From the NCBI RefSeq assembly GCF_020745735.1, contig NC_083446.1:20748068-20812067 (forward strand): 64,000 bases of DNA. The letters run 5' to 3'. The notes under the pieces were generated by a model. The model made no database searches, was not told the origin of the DNA, and worked only from the letters and a program-made list of their open reading frames with translations. Origin of the DNA: Hemiscyllium ocellatum. Lineage: Eukaryota. Every line of letters begins with the position of its first letter. Positions within the stretch are counted from its first letter, which is position 1. A program made the translations under genes and the position numbers. This document shows, piece after piece, positions 10,861-25,450 of the stretch.

Positions 10861-13800
10861 GTTTGGGGCCTTTTGTCTGCGATTTGAAGAAATTTAGACA
10901 GATCCAGTGTGAGATTTGTGGAGAGTTAAATAGGTTTAGGGTATGAAAATACACAGTAGATTTAATCATTTGCACGTTGTTGTCCAGGAGCTTTATGTAA
11001 AAAGTCGGTGAGACACTGTGTTTAATTTCGGTGACGTGTGGTTGGTTAAAGTAAACGTGAGAGAAATGGCTCTTAAAACATGTGAAAGAGATTATGCGAT
11101 TTGAAGATGATTCTCACATTTCCCGAGGGCGTTTGGAAGGAAAGATAAAGGCCAAACATTTAGAATTAGCACAAAGTTAGATTTGGGTTTAACCAAGAAA
11201 AAGAGGAAAGAAGAAATTGCCAGGAAATTACTCAAACACTAAGGTGTGTCAGAGGAACACACAAGTGCAGGAGATTTAGATAAAAAAAAAACGTAAAATA
11301 AAATCGAAGAAAATTCAGTTTAAAGATAACCAAAGTGAGAGAGAAAGAGAGAGATGAAGGAGAAAGCAAGAGGGAAGAGAGAGAGAGAGAAATAAAAGGA
11401 GAGGAGAAGGGTTTTAGCTGGGAAAAGAGAGACCGAATTTGAACTTGAGAAGTTGTGATTTCGTCAGCAAAGTCAAGTGAACAGGATGGAGAGTAAAAGA
11501 GAGATTCGTGATATATACAACTGTGTCAACACTCTGCTACATTTTGATGAGAAATATGTTGAAGCGTTCTTTATTTCATTTGATAAATGGACTAGGCAGG
11601 TAGAGTGGTGCAAGGATTTATGAGTAATGCTAGTTCGGACGAAGCTGGTAGGCAGGGTTAGTGAGTTATTTGCTGCGCTGTCAAATGAGGGGTCAAGAGA
11701 TTATGAGGACGTGAAACAAGGTATTTGAATTGGTTCAGGAAGTATATAGATAGCAGTTCCGAAACTTAAAGAAGAAACCAGGTCAGCTTTATGTTGAGTT
11801 CAAAAGAATTAAACATAGGCACTTTGATATGTGTGTGCAAGCTTTAAAGATAGATAAGACCTATGAGGCTGTAAGGGAGACTAGTCTGCTGGAGGAGTTT
11901 AAAACCTCACTTCCAGTGATGACAATAATTCATGTAGAGGAAAACAAAGGTCAGAAATTGAGAAGGGCAGGAGATTAACAGTTGAATACATGTTGCGGCA
12001 TAAGACAAGCTTCCAGCTAGAATTTCGTTCTGTGAGGGATAGATTTTCGTTGAAGGGGAGATGCAACACCTTAAAAAAGGAATAGAAAGTGTGAGTTTAC
12101 CACTGGTTAAAGAAGCTGCCCAAGAGAGTGGAAAGGAGGTTAAAAGGCCTCAGGTGTTTTCACTGTAATGGAGTAGGACACAGAAAATTACAGTACCTGT
12201 GGTTTCAGAAGGGCATTGGGAAAAGGTGTTTTCACTGACATAAGGAACAATGTGTATGGTCAGAGTGCTGATTGTTAAGAAAGTGACTGTAGGAAAAGAT
12301 GTGGTAAAATAAGCTACGTCAGTGGAATCAATGAAAGTTTTAAAGGTAATTCAACAAGAACCGAAGAGCTGCAGGAAATTGACCAGTCTAGGCAGGGGCT
12401 GGCTATGCAGTTAGTACCTGATGTCAATAAAGAATTGGCCTCCGTGAGTAAAGTTTACTCAGAAATAACAGTGGTAGAAGGGCAAGAAGTTATAATTTTG
12501 AGAGGTACATGAACAAACCAGTCGCTAATAGTAAGAGATGAACGAATTTGCAGTCTTTCTGATCTGTTATCCGAGAGTGTATTAAGTTATGGGAAAGATG
12601 GACAGAAATTTAGCAATTCCCTATGTAAGATCAGGTTGTAGTGCCTACTCAATACTGGGGTAGTTATAGTGGGAATGATTGACAGACTGTCAGATCCAGG
12701 AATTCAGTTTGTTCTTGGGAACGATTTAGCACGGTCCAAGTTGGGAGTGACATCCCTTGTTGTGGAGAAGCCCAACGAAGACAAAGAATCTGAAGAGTTA
12801 AATCGGAAATATCCTGGTATTTTTCCAGGCTGTGCAGTCACCATACCCTACTATGATAAGTCACAGCACGAAGGACAAACTATAGACACAGATGGAGGAG
12901 TTGAGGTTCAGTTAACGGACACCCTGTTTGCCAGAATGGTGCAGTGAAAACCTGAACAGGCAGTGGGTCAGACAGAGGTGTTTTGGCCTGAAAGGCTCAG
13001 TGACTTGCAACAGATGGACAAGACGAGAAAAGAGATATATATATGGATGAAAAGGATGCAGAGGAAATTCATGAGGGTTATTATCTGAAAGGTATATCTG
13101 AAGACAGAAATGGAGACCACATCAGGTTAGTGCAGAGGATAAATATGCTGAGGTGAACCAGATTGGGTTGCTGGTAGCACGGAGACAGGAAACTTTTCAG
13201 GTAGCACCTGTAGGAGGTCACCTAGAGTTAGGAAACACTCGGGCTAAGGGAGAAAAACATTTTTATTGACCTGGAATTCACAAAAATGTCGTTAACGTTT
13301 GTCATTATTATGCCATTAATGCCAAATGGTAGGTAAGCCACTGGCAGTAATAAAACGAGCACCTGTGCTGCCAATTCTCACATTTGAAGACTCCTTAGTG
13401 TGTCTTATAAATGAGTGTGTAGGTTCCCTCCTGAAATGTAGAGGAGAGAAAGAACTGGAGAAACAGGTGTTAGTTACTGCCCCACAAAGCGAAGAATCAA
13501 ATCTAAATGTCGTGGATTTTGATGTGCCTCAAAATAGTCAAAAATGTAGAAGTCCTTGTGCAGTGGGATAGGTTAGTAAGCTATCTGTCTCAGGAGCGTA
13601 GAACACAGTTGAAAGGTTTGCTATTGTAGTATGAGGGCATATGTTACAATCATATGGAGGGGGGGCAGTGAAATGCTATTGTACATGCAGTATATGTAGC
13701 GAATACTGTTCCGATAAAACAATCCATATCGGCTAAATCCTCTCAAAGCCAGACAGGTCCAAAGTAGGTGGAGGCCATGCACAATGAGAACATGGTCGAA

Positions 13801-15104
13801 CCAAGCCCGAGCGAGTGGAGGTCGCTGATCAGCTTAGTTCCCAAACCGGATGAGACTCAATGATTTTGCTTGGATTATTGGAAGATCGCGACCCTGTTAC
13901 AAAATCAGACTTATATCTCATACCGACATTGGAGGACTGTATCGAGAAATTTGGACAAGTCAGTCACATCACGAAGTTGGACTTAATGCGTGGTTTCTGG
14001 CAGGTACCTTTATCAGAGACAGTGAAAGCAATTTCTTAATTGTAACGCCACATGGTCTGTATCAATTCAAAGTGATGTCCTTTGGAATGACGAGCACACC
14101 CAATGTATTCCAAAGACTCATGAACAGAGTTATGGCCTGATTAAGAAACTGTGCAATCCATTTAAACGAATTCGTGATGTTTACTAAGTCCTGGAAAGCT
14201 CATTTGGTACACTTGGCAGAGCCTTTTGAATGAATACGAGAAACAAAACTGGTGAAAATATTAAATGAAACAGTATTCGTGAAAGCAGACATGATGTTCT
14301 GTGGACAAAATATCGGTCATGGAAGGTTGATCCCATGAAACGCAAATACAAAAGCAATCGAGGAATTTTCAGGATCAAACTCGACGGAAAAGGTGCTTCG
14401 CTCCTTCGGAGTCAGTGGATTCTATCGGAAGTCTGTTCCAAACCTCAGCAGTGTAGTAGCACCATTAACCGACTTGCTGAAGAAGAACACAGTCTTGGTT
14501 GACAGAACAATGCCAGGAGGCATTCGACCATTAAAAAGAAATATTGAACACCAACCCAATTTCAGCTACACCAAACGCTTGAAAACCTTTTAAAGTTGCC
14601 GTTGACGCGAGTGACATAGGAGTTGGAGGTGCACTGCTACAGGACAATGAGATTGGATCCTACTTTTCAAAGAACTCAACATCCACCAGAGAAAATATTC
14701 CACGACTCAGCAAGAACTATTGAGTTTGGTACTAGCCTTATAATATTTTTATGTGCATTCACAAACAGCGTGTTGGAGACGGTTGTGTACACAGATCTCA
14801 ATCTGTTTACATTATTTGAACGCTTTAAAAACAATTTCTCCGTAGTCTTATGTTACAGACTTTTAATTTTAAAAACCGTACATGTAACGTGTCGTAACAA
14901 TTTAAACGCAGATGTGTTCTCACCGATTTATCTGATCAAGTTTAGACGAGATTTGTTTTTATCCAATGTTAAATATAGGTAAATGGGAAGAAATTAAGGT
15001 GAACTTAGATTTCAGTTATCTGTATGGTATGATAATGTGTTTAAAGAGAAGAAAACAAATGAGACAGTGTTTTCATTGTGATGGTTATTTTTTGAAAAAG
15101 AAGG

Positions 15105-15853
15105 TGTTATGAACATGTAAAGGGTACTGTACCTTTAAGAGAGTTGAAGGATTTACAAGCACAGTGAGTTCTGGAAAATTTACAATTTAATATTTGGTTC
15201 AGCAGTTGGCAGTTCTTGGGTTGCTGTGAGACAAAAATAAAATCAATTTTAATAAATTCGTTCAAATTATGTCCAAGAAGCTAAACTGCAATCGAGTTTA
15301 AATTTGGCATTTGGCAATATTATTTAAAAAATGAAATTATCTGATATTTTGAGTTGATAGCTTAAAAGGATATTGACAATTTAGGGGATAACTGCCACGC
15401 CACCAACATCTGCAGACTGCCCGCAGAACAGCTCTCCGAAATGTACCTTTATTTATCAATGACCTGTGAAACAGAAACTCTTAGGAGAAGAAACGAAGAA
15501 AGAGGAAGATACAAAGAGAAGATTCTACAGCTGGCTGGTTCTGAAATTTGAATGTTTTGTACATCATAATGGGTGGGGGTGGGGTGGGGGGAGGTTATTG
15601 GGCCAGTACTGTAGCAGAGAAAATAAAAGATAGATCAGAGAAAGGAGTTGCAAATATTTGTTAGTTAATTATTCTCTGTTAGACTTTATAAATAAAAGTT
15701 GTTAATTTTTACATTAAATAGTGACCTTTAGGATGGTTATTGGTCTTCCGAATGTTTACAGATTATAGAACGGGTTAAATCTATTCTGTGTTGCAAGTTG
15801 AAATTAGTGTGGGGCGGTGGGTTGTTGGGGGTAGGTTCCCCCGTGTTGTCACA
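15105..15853 (+). mobile_element. Gypsy 3' LTR (divergent from the 5' LTR)
   Basis: PPT TTTTTGAAAAAGAAGG, then TGTTATGAA; ends GTGTTGTCACA; only patchy blocks are shared with the 5' LTR. Confidence 0.7.
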
Positions 15854-15974
15854 CATTAACTCGGATTTCTCTGCACAGATGCTGCCAGACCTGCAGAGTT
15901 TTTTCCAGCACATTTCTGTCTTAGTTTCTGGTTTACGAAATCTGCAGTTCTCTTGACTTGCTTATGTGTATCAT

Positions 15975-16390
15975 TGACAGCCATGGCTGAAGTGCTGGAG
16001 GACAGGAAGACAGCTAATATTGCTACATTATTTGTAATTAAGCTGCAATGAAAACCCAGGGAACTACAGACTAGTGAGTTTGATATCAAGGGTGGGTAAG
16101 TGTTTGTAGGAGATTCTGAGAGGCAGGATTTACATGCATTTGGAAAGGCAAGGATTGATTAGGGATAATCAGCATTGCTTTATGTCTAGGAATCCATGTC
16201 TCACAAACTAGATTGCTGTTTTTGAAGAGGTGATACGTTGTCTACGTGGACCTTAGTGAAGCCCAGCAAGGTTCAACTTGGTAGTCTGGTTAATAAGGTT
16301 AGATCACAGGAGATCAGGGAGAGCTATCCAATTAGATGCAAAACTGGCTTGACCCTAGGAGACAGAGGGTGCTGGGAGAGATTTGCTGAA
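15975..16390 (+). mobile_element. CR1 RT fragment
   Basis: VLEDRKTANI, GNYRLVSLISRVGK, GLIRDNQHCF motifs. Confidence 0.75.
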
Positions 16391-16829
16391 ATCAATGTCA
16401 ATTGCAAACTCCAATTTGCTTCACCAATCTAATTTCAAGAAGAGAATTCTGGTCTGGTGAATTCCATACATTCCTTGTATGGCATAACGTGACTCTCGAC
16501 AGTCTCTAAAACGGTAAAGCAAGACACTAAATTGTATCAAACTGCTCCGAGGTTCGGACGGATAAAACTGACAGAACATCCAGCACCAGCCTCGGTATGA
16601 GAAAAGGGTATGGGAAACACCGTCTTGGTGACCCTGCAGAGGCCATCTCCATAACATCTGAGAACCATAATCCAGATGCCCTCCCCGCTCCGTTTCGTGT
16701 CGAGAAATCCTTATTTATATTCAGTGCCTTGTGTTCCACAGCTTTTGTGGGAGAGAGATCCCCAAAGTCACCAGTCACGGACTGCAGACACTTTTTCTCA
16801 TCTGAGTGCAGAGTGGCCTGCCTAACTTA

Positions 16830-17260
16830 ATACTATGGCTCCTTGTTTTAGTTGTCCGAACCAGGGGAAATATCGGCCCTGCTTCCAATCAGTCTCACCC
16901 TGTCAGAGTTTTATATGTTTCACTGAGGTCTCCATTCATTTTCCTAAAGCCCATTCAATACAGTACCACTCGCACCAAGCTCTGCTCCCACAACATGCCT
17001 GCAATCCCAGAGATCAGTCGGTCCAACCTTCACTGCTCTCCCTCAATGTCAGGTTTGCCCTTTATTCGGTTAGGAGAGCAAAACTACACACAATACTGCA
17101 CAATGTTCAGGATGGGCTCTCACCAAGGCCCTGTACATCTGCAGGAAGACACCCTTCCTCCTGAAGGTCAAGCCCCTAGAAATGAAGGTCAACACACCCT
17201 TTATCTTCCGTCTGCTTTCTGTTCCAGCAATATTGCTTTCAGTGACTGGTTTACAGGGAG
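16830..17260 (-). mobile_element. CR1 3' fragment
   Basis: Antisense of the HSVVQYCV*FCSP segment and 3' UTR. Confidence 0.6.
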
Positions 17261-17861
17261 ATTCAGATCCTTTTCGATGTTGTAGCTCCCCACCTGGTGG
17301 GTCTGTGTACACTGGTCACCGTGACAATGCCGTTCCCAGGATGGGCGTCTGGGTTCTGAACTCACTGCCCAGCACTGATCTCGGAGATGACAGCAGAAAA
17401 AATAAAGGAAGAACATAAATCTTCCTTTATTGCATGTCTCATACAATCCCTTTTCAAGTGATAGGTTGCTGTTCTATTGTTCCCATCAAAGTGCACACCG
17501 AAACATCTTCACCTAACACGCATTTGCCCATTCACTCCACGTGTCTCAATCACTGTGTAGCTTTTTCATATCCTCCACACCCACTAGCAATCCAACATCA
17601 TTAATGTTGTCAGCAGAGTAGGACATATTGCATTTGATTCCCTCAACTAAATGCTTGACATGATCCTTCCACTTCAAAACTCATCACTGCTTCGTGTCAA
17701 TTCTCCTAATCGAAAGCCATGTTCATATTTTAGTCCCAATTCTGTAACATTTGAGTTTGCTCACTAGGTCATCTAAATGCATTGCATCATTTTTTTTTCC
17801 TCTGTATGTATCAACCAGTCAATTTCGCCAATATGATTCCCATTTCATGTTTACCCATTAG

Positions 17862-20340
17862 GTAAGAACGTACAAACTAGGAATAGGCCATCTGGGCCTT
17901 CAAGCCTGCGCCACCATTCAATATGATAATGGCTGATCATTTCATGGCCTCAGCTCCAATTACTCGCCCAATCACCATAATCATTAATTCCTTGACTGTT
18001 CAAAATATTATCTGAGTTCAAGCGTATTCATTGACAAATCCTCAACTATTTCACAGTGGAAGAATTCCACAGATTCGCAACCTTCTTGGTCAAGAAGTTC
18101 CTTCTCAATTCAGACCTAAATCTGCTCCATCTAATTTTGAGGCTTTGTCCTGTTGTCGTAGTTTCACATCCTTCTGGAAACATCCTTTATATTTCTATCT
18201 TATCTACTCCCTTCACAATTATATATGCCTCTATTCTTTCCTCCCTCATTGTTTCAAATTCCAATCAATGTATAATGTTAACCTATTCAGTCTCTCCTCA
18301 TAACCACCCTCCTCACCTCTGGAACCAACCTAGCGAGCCTCCTCTGCATCCATTGTCGTGCCACTTTTTTCCTTTGTCAAGTAGGAAGACCAAAACTACA
18401 CGTGCCACAGGTGTGCTCACCCCAGCACCCTGTACAGCTACAACATAACCTCCCTGCTTTTCCTTTCAATCCCTTTCACAGTGAAGGAAAAATTCCATTT
18501 GACATTTAATTACCTGTTGCCCCTGCAGACCAACGCCTGTGACTCATACACAAGGACACCCAGGTCCATCTGCACAAGAGCAGGCTGCTTTATTTTTTAA
18601 CAGTTCAAATAAGAGTCCTGTTTACTATTTTTTCCACGAAAATGGATGATTTCACGTTTATTATAATTGAACTCGATCTGCCAGGTCTTGGCCCATTCAC
18701 TTCAACTATTTATGTCCCTTTGTAAATTTTAACAGTCCTCTGCACACTTTACTCTGCTACTCATTTTACTATCATCTGTAATCTTTGAGACACTACGCGT
18801 GGCCCCGTACTCCAATGCATTTATGCAATCTGTGAATAATCGCGGTCCCAGCACCGATCCCTGAGACACTCCACTAGTCACTGATCCGTAACCAGAAAGA
18901 CAATCGTGAATTCCCACTCGTTGCTTCATGTTAGTTAACCCATCCTCTATCCATGCTAATACATTACCTGTAATGCTACACCTTACACAGCAGCCTTTTT
19001 GGCGTCACTGTATCGAATGCCATTTGGAAATCTCAGTACACCACACCTACTGGGTCCCTGCAGTTGTCTTGTCTTCATAGAATTCCAGTAGGTTAGTTAC
19101 ACGTGGCCTGCCTTATATGAACCAACACTGTGTCTGCCCAATGAGACAGTTTATATCAAGATGCGTTGCCAGTTATTCCTTAATTACAGATTGAAATATT
19201 TTCCCCTACAGATGATAGGTTAACGGGTCTATAACCCCCACATTTTGTCTACTTCCCTTTTAAAACAGTGGTGTCTGAACTCCTGTTTTCCAATTTCCTG
19301 GAATTGCATCAGAATCCAGTGAATTCAGAAATATTTCCACAAGTGCAGTTGCTGTTTCTCTCATCACCTCTGTGCGTATTTCGGGCTACATTCCATCAGG
19401 GACAGGAGACTTATTTACCTTAGGTTCCATTAGCTTTTCCAACACTATCTCTCTCTTGGGAATTTTTATTTCCAGGTACTCACTTACTTTCCTCTCTTTG
19501 TCAATTACTGGCATGTTATTAGTGTACTTCATTGTGTAGACGGACTAAATAACTCTTCAATTCCTCATCCATTTCCTCATATCCCATTACTGGATCCAAC
19601 TTCTCAACATCTAAAGGACCATTGCTTACCATAGCCATTCATTTCGTTTTGTATATTTATAGAATATTTCGGTATTTGTCGTTATATGCTGAAATAGTTT
19701 ACTCTCATAACCTATCTGATATATCTTGATACCTTTTCTTGTTGCTTTGTTTTGACATTTAAAGTTTTCCCAATCTTCTAGTTTCCCACTGGTCTATGCC
19801 ATTATTTATGCCATTTATTTTAATTTGCTTGCCTCCCTTATTTCCTGAGACATTCTCGGCAGATTACCCTTTTCCTAAAGTCCTTCCATTTCCCTATTTT
19901 ATGCTGTTGCTGAGAACGTTGAAAAATTGCTTTGAAAGCCATCCACTGTTCATGAACGGTTCCACTGTAATTTCTTTACTTCCAGCCATCTTTAGCCACC
20001 TTTTGTCTCATCATATTGTCATCTGTTTTGTGTAATTACAGGACGCTGATATAAGATTTTAGCTTCTCACCTTCCATCTGTATACTAAATTTAACCATAC
20101 TTTTAGACCCAATAATTTCTCCCAATACATTTTTGAGTAATTTCATTCATTTTTTCTGACGAGAGTTAGTCTTCCCAGTTTTGTGGAGAAGATTTAATTT
20201 GTTTTGCTTATTTCCTTCTGTGAAGATATAACTGAAGAAGTTGCTTAATAATTCTGCCATTTCCCTGCTCTCGTCCTCTATGCTCTGGATTGAGAGTGTA
20301 ACGAAGCTGCACTTGTTTTCTCGTATCTTTTCCATTGATA
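17862..20340 (-). mobile_element. CR1 LINE ORF2 3' portion with tail
   Basis: SGVSQGSVLGPRLF..DDSK RT motifs (18729-18929); tail GAAGGCCCAGATGGCCTATTCCT..TACGTTCTT. Confidence 0.85.
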
Positions 20341-20429
20341 GTTCACCTTATAACTCTTATTAATGTTGTCTTCAGAAACCCAGCAATTCATGTCCACCCC
20401 ATAACACCACTGGGCCATAGACTCTGCAC

Positions 20430-23400
20430 CATCAGAAATACAGCACAATGTACAATAGTCCCACCCTCCTACACCAGGCCCATACTGGCAATGTTATGAC
20501 ACTTTAAGAGCTCGCCTAAGTAGATTTTTGCCAATTATGAAGTTGCCAGCAAAACTCCCCTCTCAGGAAGTAGATTCCAGACCCCAACACCTGGGTAAAA
20601 AACAATCAACAAATCATCTCTACATGTCAGACCCTTCGCTTTAAAAGTGTTGTCCCTTGCACTTGGCCCTCTGACTAAAAGGAATAGCTGCTGACTATTC
20701 ACCCGGTCTATGCTCCTTATAATCGTATCCTTCTGAATCACATTCCGCTCAGAATACTTTACTCCGAAGTAAACAACCGGACCTTATCCAGCCTCTCTCC
20801 ATAGCAGATTAGCTTCATCCCAGGGAACGTCCTGGTGAAGCTCCTCTGCACCCCCTCCACTACAATCATATCCTTCCTCTAATGTGGCTCCCAGAACATC
20901 ACACAGTATTCCATATTGGCCTAACCAATGTCCTGTATAACTCTTGTAATCTATGTTTCGATGTGTAAAGATTATATTTACTATTCCAAATGCCTTGTTA
21001 ACTCCACTATTACCCTGTTCAGTCCCAATCAGGGATGCGTGGAGAAGAACACTTTGAGCTTCCTAGTGTGCTGCCATTCATTGAGTACTCCCCTGTCTAG
21101 TTCATTCTCCCAAAGTGAACCACCTCATATTTATCAGGGTTGCATTCCATCTGCCATTAATCTGCTAATCTGACCATTCCATCTATATCTTTCTGTAACA
21201 TAAGACCTACCCCGTCACAGCCAAACACCCGGCCAATCTTTGTGATAAACGCAAACTCACATACCACACTTCCCCCCGACCTCCACTTTTATATCTATAT
21301 TATTTATGAGTACCATAAAAAATAAAGGTCACACCATAGACCCGTATACTACACCACTGGACACTGATATCGATTCACACGTTTCCAAAACCACCCTCTT
21401 TCTCGTGCCATAAAGACATTGTGAATGTCACTTATCAAGTTACCCTTGATGCCAGGAGATTTTACTTTCTTTATCAGTCTCCCATGTGGGGCTTTGTCAA
21501 AGGCCTTGCAGAAAGCAAAAACATCTGATCAACCTTCTCCAAAAAAGATCAATAAAATTAGTTTGGCATGACTCCCCTCTGATGACCATCCCTCTCTAAA
21601 TGAGGATCAATTTTCTCTCACCTTACTTTCCCCAGTCGTTTCACTGACACTGATCTATAGTTCCCTTGTCCACCTGCACCAACTGTAAAAGGTGTTCTGC
21701 ATTCCTCTGGCCCCCCTCCCTGTGACCAGAATTTATTTAAACATTTGGGTCAGGGCTTTGGTCCGACAGCATCTTGTGATACAACACAGCCAGACCTGAG
21801 GACTTGTCCAATTTTATACCAACCAGAATTATCAATCCTTGCTCGCAATCCATATCACGAGTTTCCCAGTCCATCTTATTGAACCATTCCTCCTCCTTCT
21901 CCAGAGTAAAACAGATGTGAATCTCTCATGTCACAATCTATCAATGTTCTCCAGCTTCATACATTGATTATTGTCTTGGTTTCTTATGGGCCGTAAATAT
22001 TCCCTGGTTATTCTGTTCTACTTGAGGTCATTGTGGAACATCTTAGGGTGCTCACTAATCCTGCTAAAACTACTCAATGCCCCTATCTTCTTCATTTCCC
22101 TCTATGTGATTTCTTTTAAAGCTTCAATTCGATCACGTCTCAGTCTCTGAAAATCTACAGAATGCAGGCGGAGTTCCCACATCGAACAATCTTGCCATCC
22201 GAAGGATAAATTTAGAGAATGTCCATTCAGTATATGTGATCAGTATGTTTTACTTAGATCAACAAAATCAAAACTGTACACAATACGCCAGGTACAGTCT
22301 CACCAACACGATGTGTCACTGGTGTAGAACATAATTTCTACTCGGAGCAAATTACTACAGAAGCTGGGATCTGCACTGAAACCAGTGCTAGAGATTACAG
22401 CGAATTAGACAGCATTAATGGAGAGAGAGCACAGAGCTGTTCATCGCCTATATTCTGATTCCCTTCAAATAAAAGGAAACTTAACTTTACCTTTCACCAT
22501 TTGCGTATGTCCAATGCAATTTGCTTTATTGTTTTAGGGCTAACTTACCATATGATTTATTTTTAAAATCCTCCTGAGATCGAACTATACTATATCCACT
22601 TATTCTCCTTTGTTTGTATCGACAAGGGACATCTTCAAGCAAAACTTTGGAAAATGTTGCCTTCCCTTTCAAAAATCGAACATCATTCTCTAGACGTTTG
22701 CTATAACATTCCAAGTGTCCAATATCACGTTATTGAAAATAAATTCTGACAGATTCCCCACTGTGAACAATAAATTAACTGGTGTGTAGTTCACCATTCA
22801 CCCACTTTTTCACTTTGTTAATGCTTGGAATGCATTAATAACCTTACAAACCGAATCCGTAAAAAGTACAGTGATTCGCTATTAAAATATAATATCATTT
22901 TCTGCTTTCTCTGAAATTCTGGTATGAAGTACATTTGGTCTGTCAGACTTGTCAGTACAGTTATGTTTTCAAATGCTACCTCGTGACTGATATGAATGAT
23001 TTTAGTCTTCAGTTACACAAGTCTCATCGTCACTTGGTATTTCTGGGAGATTTTCTGGACCTTCCTCCGTGAAGACAGACATAAAGTAACTGTTTAGTTC
23101 CCTTAACCTTTTTGTTCTGTTCTCCACATTAACTATCCTGTCTACACATTCACTGCTTCACATTTGACTTTGCTTTTATTTTCCTTTCAAATGTTCATGG
23201 CAGTTTTGCATTCTTGTTCTCTTTCGAATTTACTTACCAGTTTATCAGTCTTCCTTGGTTGCGTCCAAAACTTCAATGAATCCACAATTTATGACTCTTA
23301 TCTAAGGCACTTTCATTGATCTCATGCAATTCTTAACTTCTTCTGTTCACCATCGTTGAATCACCTTTCGCTTTTGCGATTTATGCCTTGGAGGGATGCA

Positions 23401-23480
23401 TTTTTAAAGTTGGCCTTACAGTGTTTCTGCAAATAACAGGCATTGCCTGTCTTTTATTAATTCGTTTCGTGTACTTTTCA
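20430..23480 (-). mobile_element. Cluster of old CR1 fragments
   Basis: 3' tail near 20440; RT motifs including NKGE*VDIV*FDL (~22570-22620, cf. DKGEPVDVVYLDF). Confidence 0.65.
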
Positions 23481-24189
23481 AATTCACGAAGGCCAACTTT
23501 ATTCTCATATCTTAATGGCTTGCATGACTCAGTATATACCCGAAATATAAGACAAAACCTTTTTTTTCGTATTCAGACGTCATATAAAACTCAACATATT
23601 CAGATCACTATCCCCAAAAGTTCCTTCACAGCAAATTCTTCGATTTGCTCTTCTGATCACACAACACCAACTCCAAAATTGCCTAGTCAACATCTCGTTG
23701 CTCAACATACTACTAAAGCAACCCATCTCATACACACTCAACATTAACATTCACTTGGGTAAACACTGGTTAGATGGAACTTCATGCTGTCCATTGTTAT
23801 TGCAGTACCCACAAACCTGTATGTCTAACTTTCTGTTTAATGACATGTTTACATTTGTATTGCAGCTTTCACTTTGATACATAACTCCAATGAACGTTGC
23901 TTCTCCTTGCTGTTCCTAAGATCCACCTCACCAGATTCTGTGGAATCTGAGTCACCTGGGCTCTGGGGAGGTTAATGGTCGATTCATGCGAGATTTTCGG
24001 CGAGGCATATCTCATCATTTAAATTATTTCACCACATTTACCCTGTTCCTGTTAAGTGTCATTGTGAGATTTTCTCCAGATCTCCCGTTATGCTAGTGAA
24101 TTAGAGAAGGGCAATGATCTTTCAATAATGCTGCGTATTCCCCCAGACAGCTGAGCCTGCTCTAACCTGTGTGGGAACCTTGGAGCGGG

Positions 24190-25310
24190 CTGGTAGAGTG
24201 TTGTTGCTGCTGTGAGATCTTGGTGAGATCACGTCTGGAGTACTGTGCACAGGTTTAAACTCCTGCCTGAGGAAAGGATATTGGAATTAACTCAGAGATT
24301 ATTCCTTCAACTGGTTTCTGCAATGAAGGTGTTAATCATAAAATCTCTACAGTGTGAAACCAAGCCATTTGACCCATCGACTCCTCACTGATCCTCTGAA
24401 GACCAACCCATCCAATCCCGCCACCCACTCTACCCAATCTTGTAACCTGGCATTTTCCATAACTGATACATACGGCCTCCACATTCCCGAAGACTATGTG
24501 TAACTTAGCGTGGCCAATCCATCTAACATGCTCATCTTGGGACTGTGGGTGGAAACTGGTGACTGAAATTGAATCTGAATCTCTGATGCAGTGAGGCGGG
24601 CATGGCTAACCACTATGCTACCTAATGTGGGCAACACAACTTGCCTGAACAGTTCAGTCCTTGAAAAGTGACATTTGAGAAGGGAGATTTCATAATTCCC
24701 AAAACCTGTCATTAAGCAACAGGAGGAGAACATTGAGGTCTTGATCGGCTTGGTCCGAGACAGATGCAGGACATTCAGGCCATCAAGACTAATGTCAGAA
24801 CACCAGGAGGTTGTGTAAAGCTGGAACATAATGAGTCCATTTAGTCACTCATGCATCTTATACAGCAACTGGAGCGGATATATTACAGCCTGGTGCCTGT
24901 TACGCAGGAATTGTGGAGGGGAACATGGAGGTTATAGAAAGGGAAGGACTTCGAATAACCAGCTTCACTGGTAAATGAAACGTAGTGGAAAAACTATTAG
25001 GATTGAAGACCAAATGTTAGAATACTTTATGAAGAAAGTAATAGCAGGAGATACCCAAAGCCAAGCTACAATCCAGCACAGTCAGTATAGTCTTATGAAG
25101 GATAAATCATGTTTGAATGTTTTGAATAACTTTCTTGTAAAAACAGTAGCAAGTAAGTTGGATAATGGGGATCCAATAGATGTATTATATCTGGACTTCC
25201 AGATATCAGTGCGTAACATGCATCACAGAAGATTAATATGCAAGACAAGAACACAGGGGATTAGGAACAATTTACTTGCTGGGGAGAGGATTATCTAAGC
25301 AGTAAAAGAC
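24190..25310 (+). mobile_element. Rearranged CR1 ORF2 fragments (interrupted by the SINE at 24343)
   Basis: LVRSRLEYCAQV (~24220); KDKSCLNVL..DNGDPIDVLYLDFQ (24975-25298). Confidence 0.7.
24343..24620 (-). mobile_element. Older HE1-like SINE
   Basis: Reverse-complement head TAGCATAGTGGTTAGC and tail GCTTGTTTCACACTGTAGAGATT. Confidence 0.65.
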
Positions 25311-25324
25311 ATGATATGGAGCCG

Positions 25325-25450
25325 CTGGTTTTTGACTGGGTTGGACAAAATCAAAAATCAAATGACACCAGGTTAGAGTCCAATATGTTTATTTGTAAAC
25401 ACAAGGTTTCATTGCACTGCTCCTTCATCAGGTGTAAGAGAGAAAGGAAG
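25325..25450 (-). mobile_element. Penelope-like terminal fragment (second family)
   Basis: Reverse reads CACCTGATGAAGGAGCAGTGC...AATAAACATATTGGACTCTAACCTGGTGTC. Confidence 0.5.

Larger units (their letters stand above)
10162..15853 (+). mobile_element. Degenerate Gypsy LTR retrotransposon, Gmr1-like (PR-INT-RT-RH order)
   Basis: Gag FDEKYVEAFFISF, knuckle CFHCNGVGH (~12155), protease ILRGT*TNQSL, FVLGNDLA, integrase zinc finger GGHL..HFY*PGI..CQMVGKP (~13200-13340; core deleted near 13440), then RT GFWQVP..TPHGLYQFKVMSFGM and RNase H FKVAVDASDIGVGG. Confidence 0.88.

Noticed and set aside
16806-17285. 159-aa ORF
   Set aside because: Antisense to a CR1 3' fragment, with no domain signature.
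22526-22760. Minus-strand exon-like segment with a perfect G|GTAAGT donor
   Set aside because: Another frame gives CR1 RT motifs (KGE.VD.V.FD), so it is a LINE relic.
23960-24150. Possible MITE with GGGGGA...TCCCCC ends
   Set aside because: Only 6 bp of inverted identity and no TSD.
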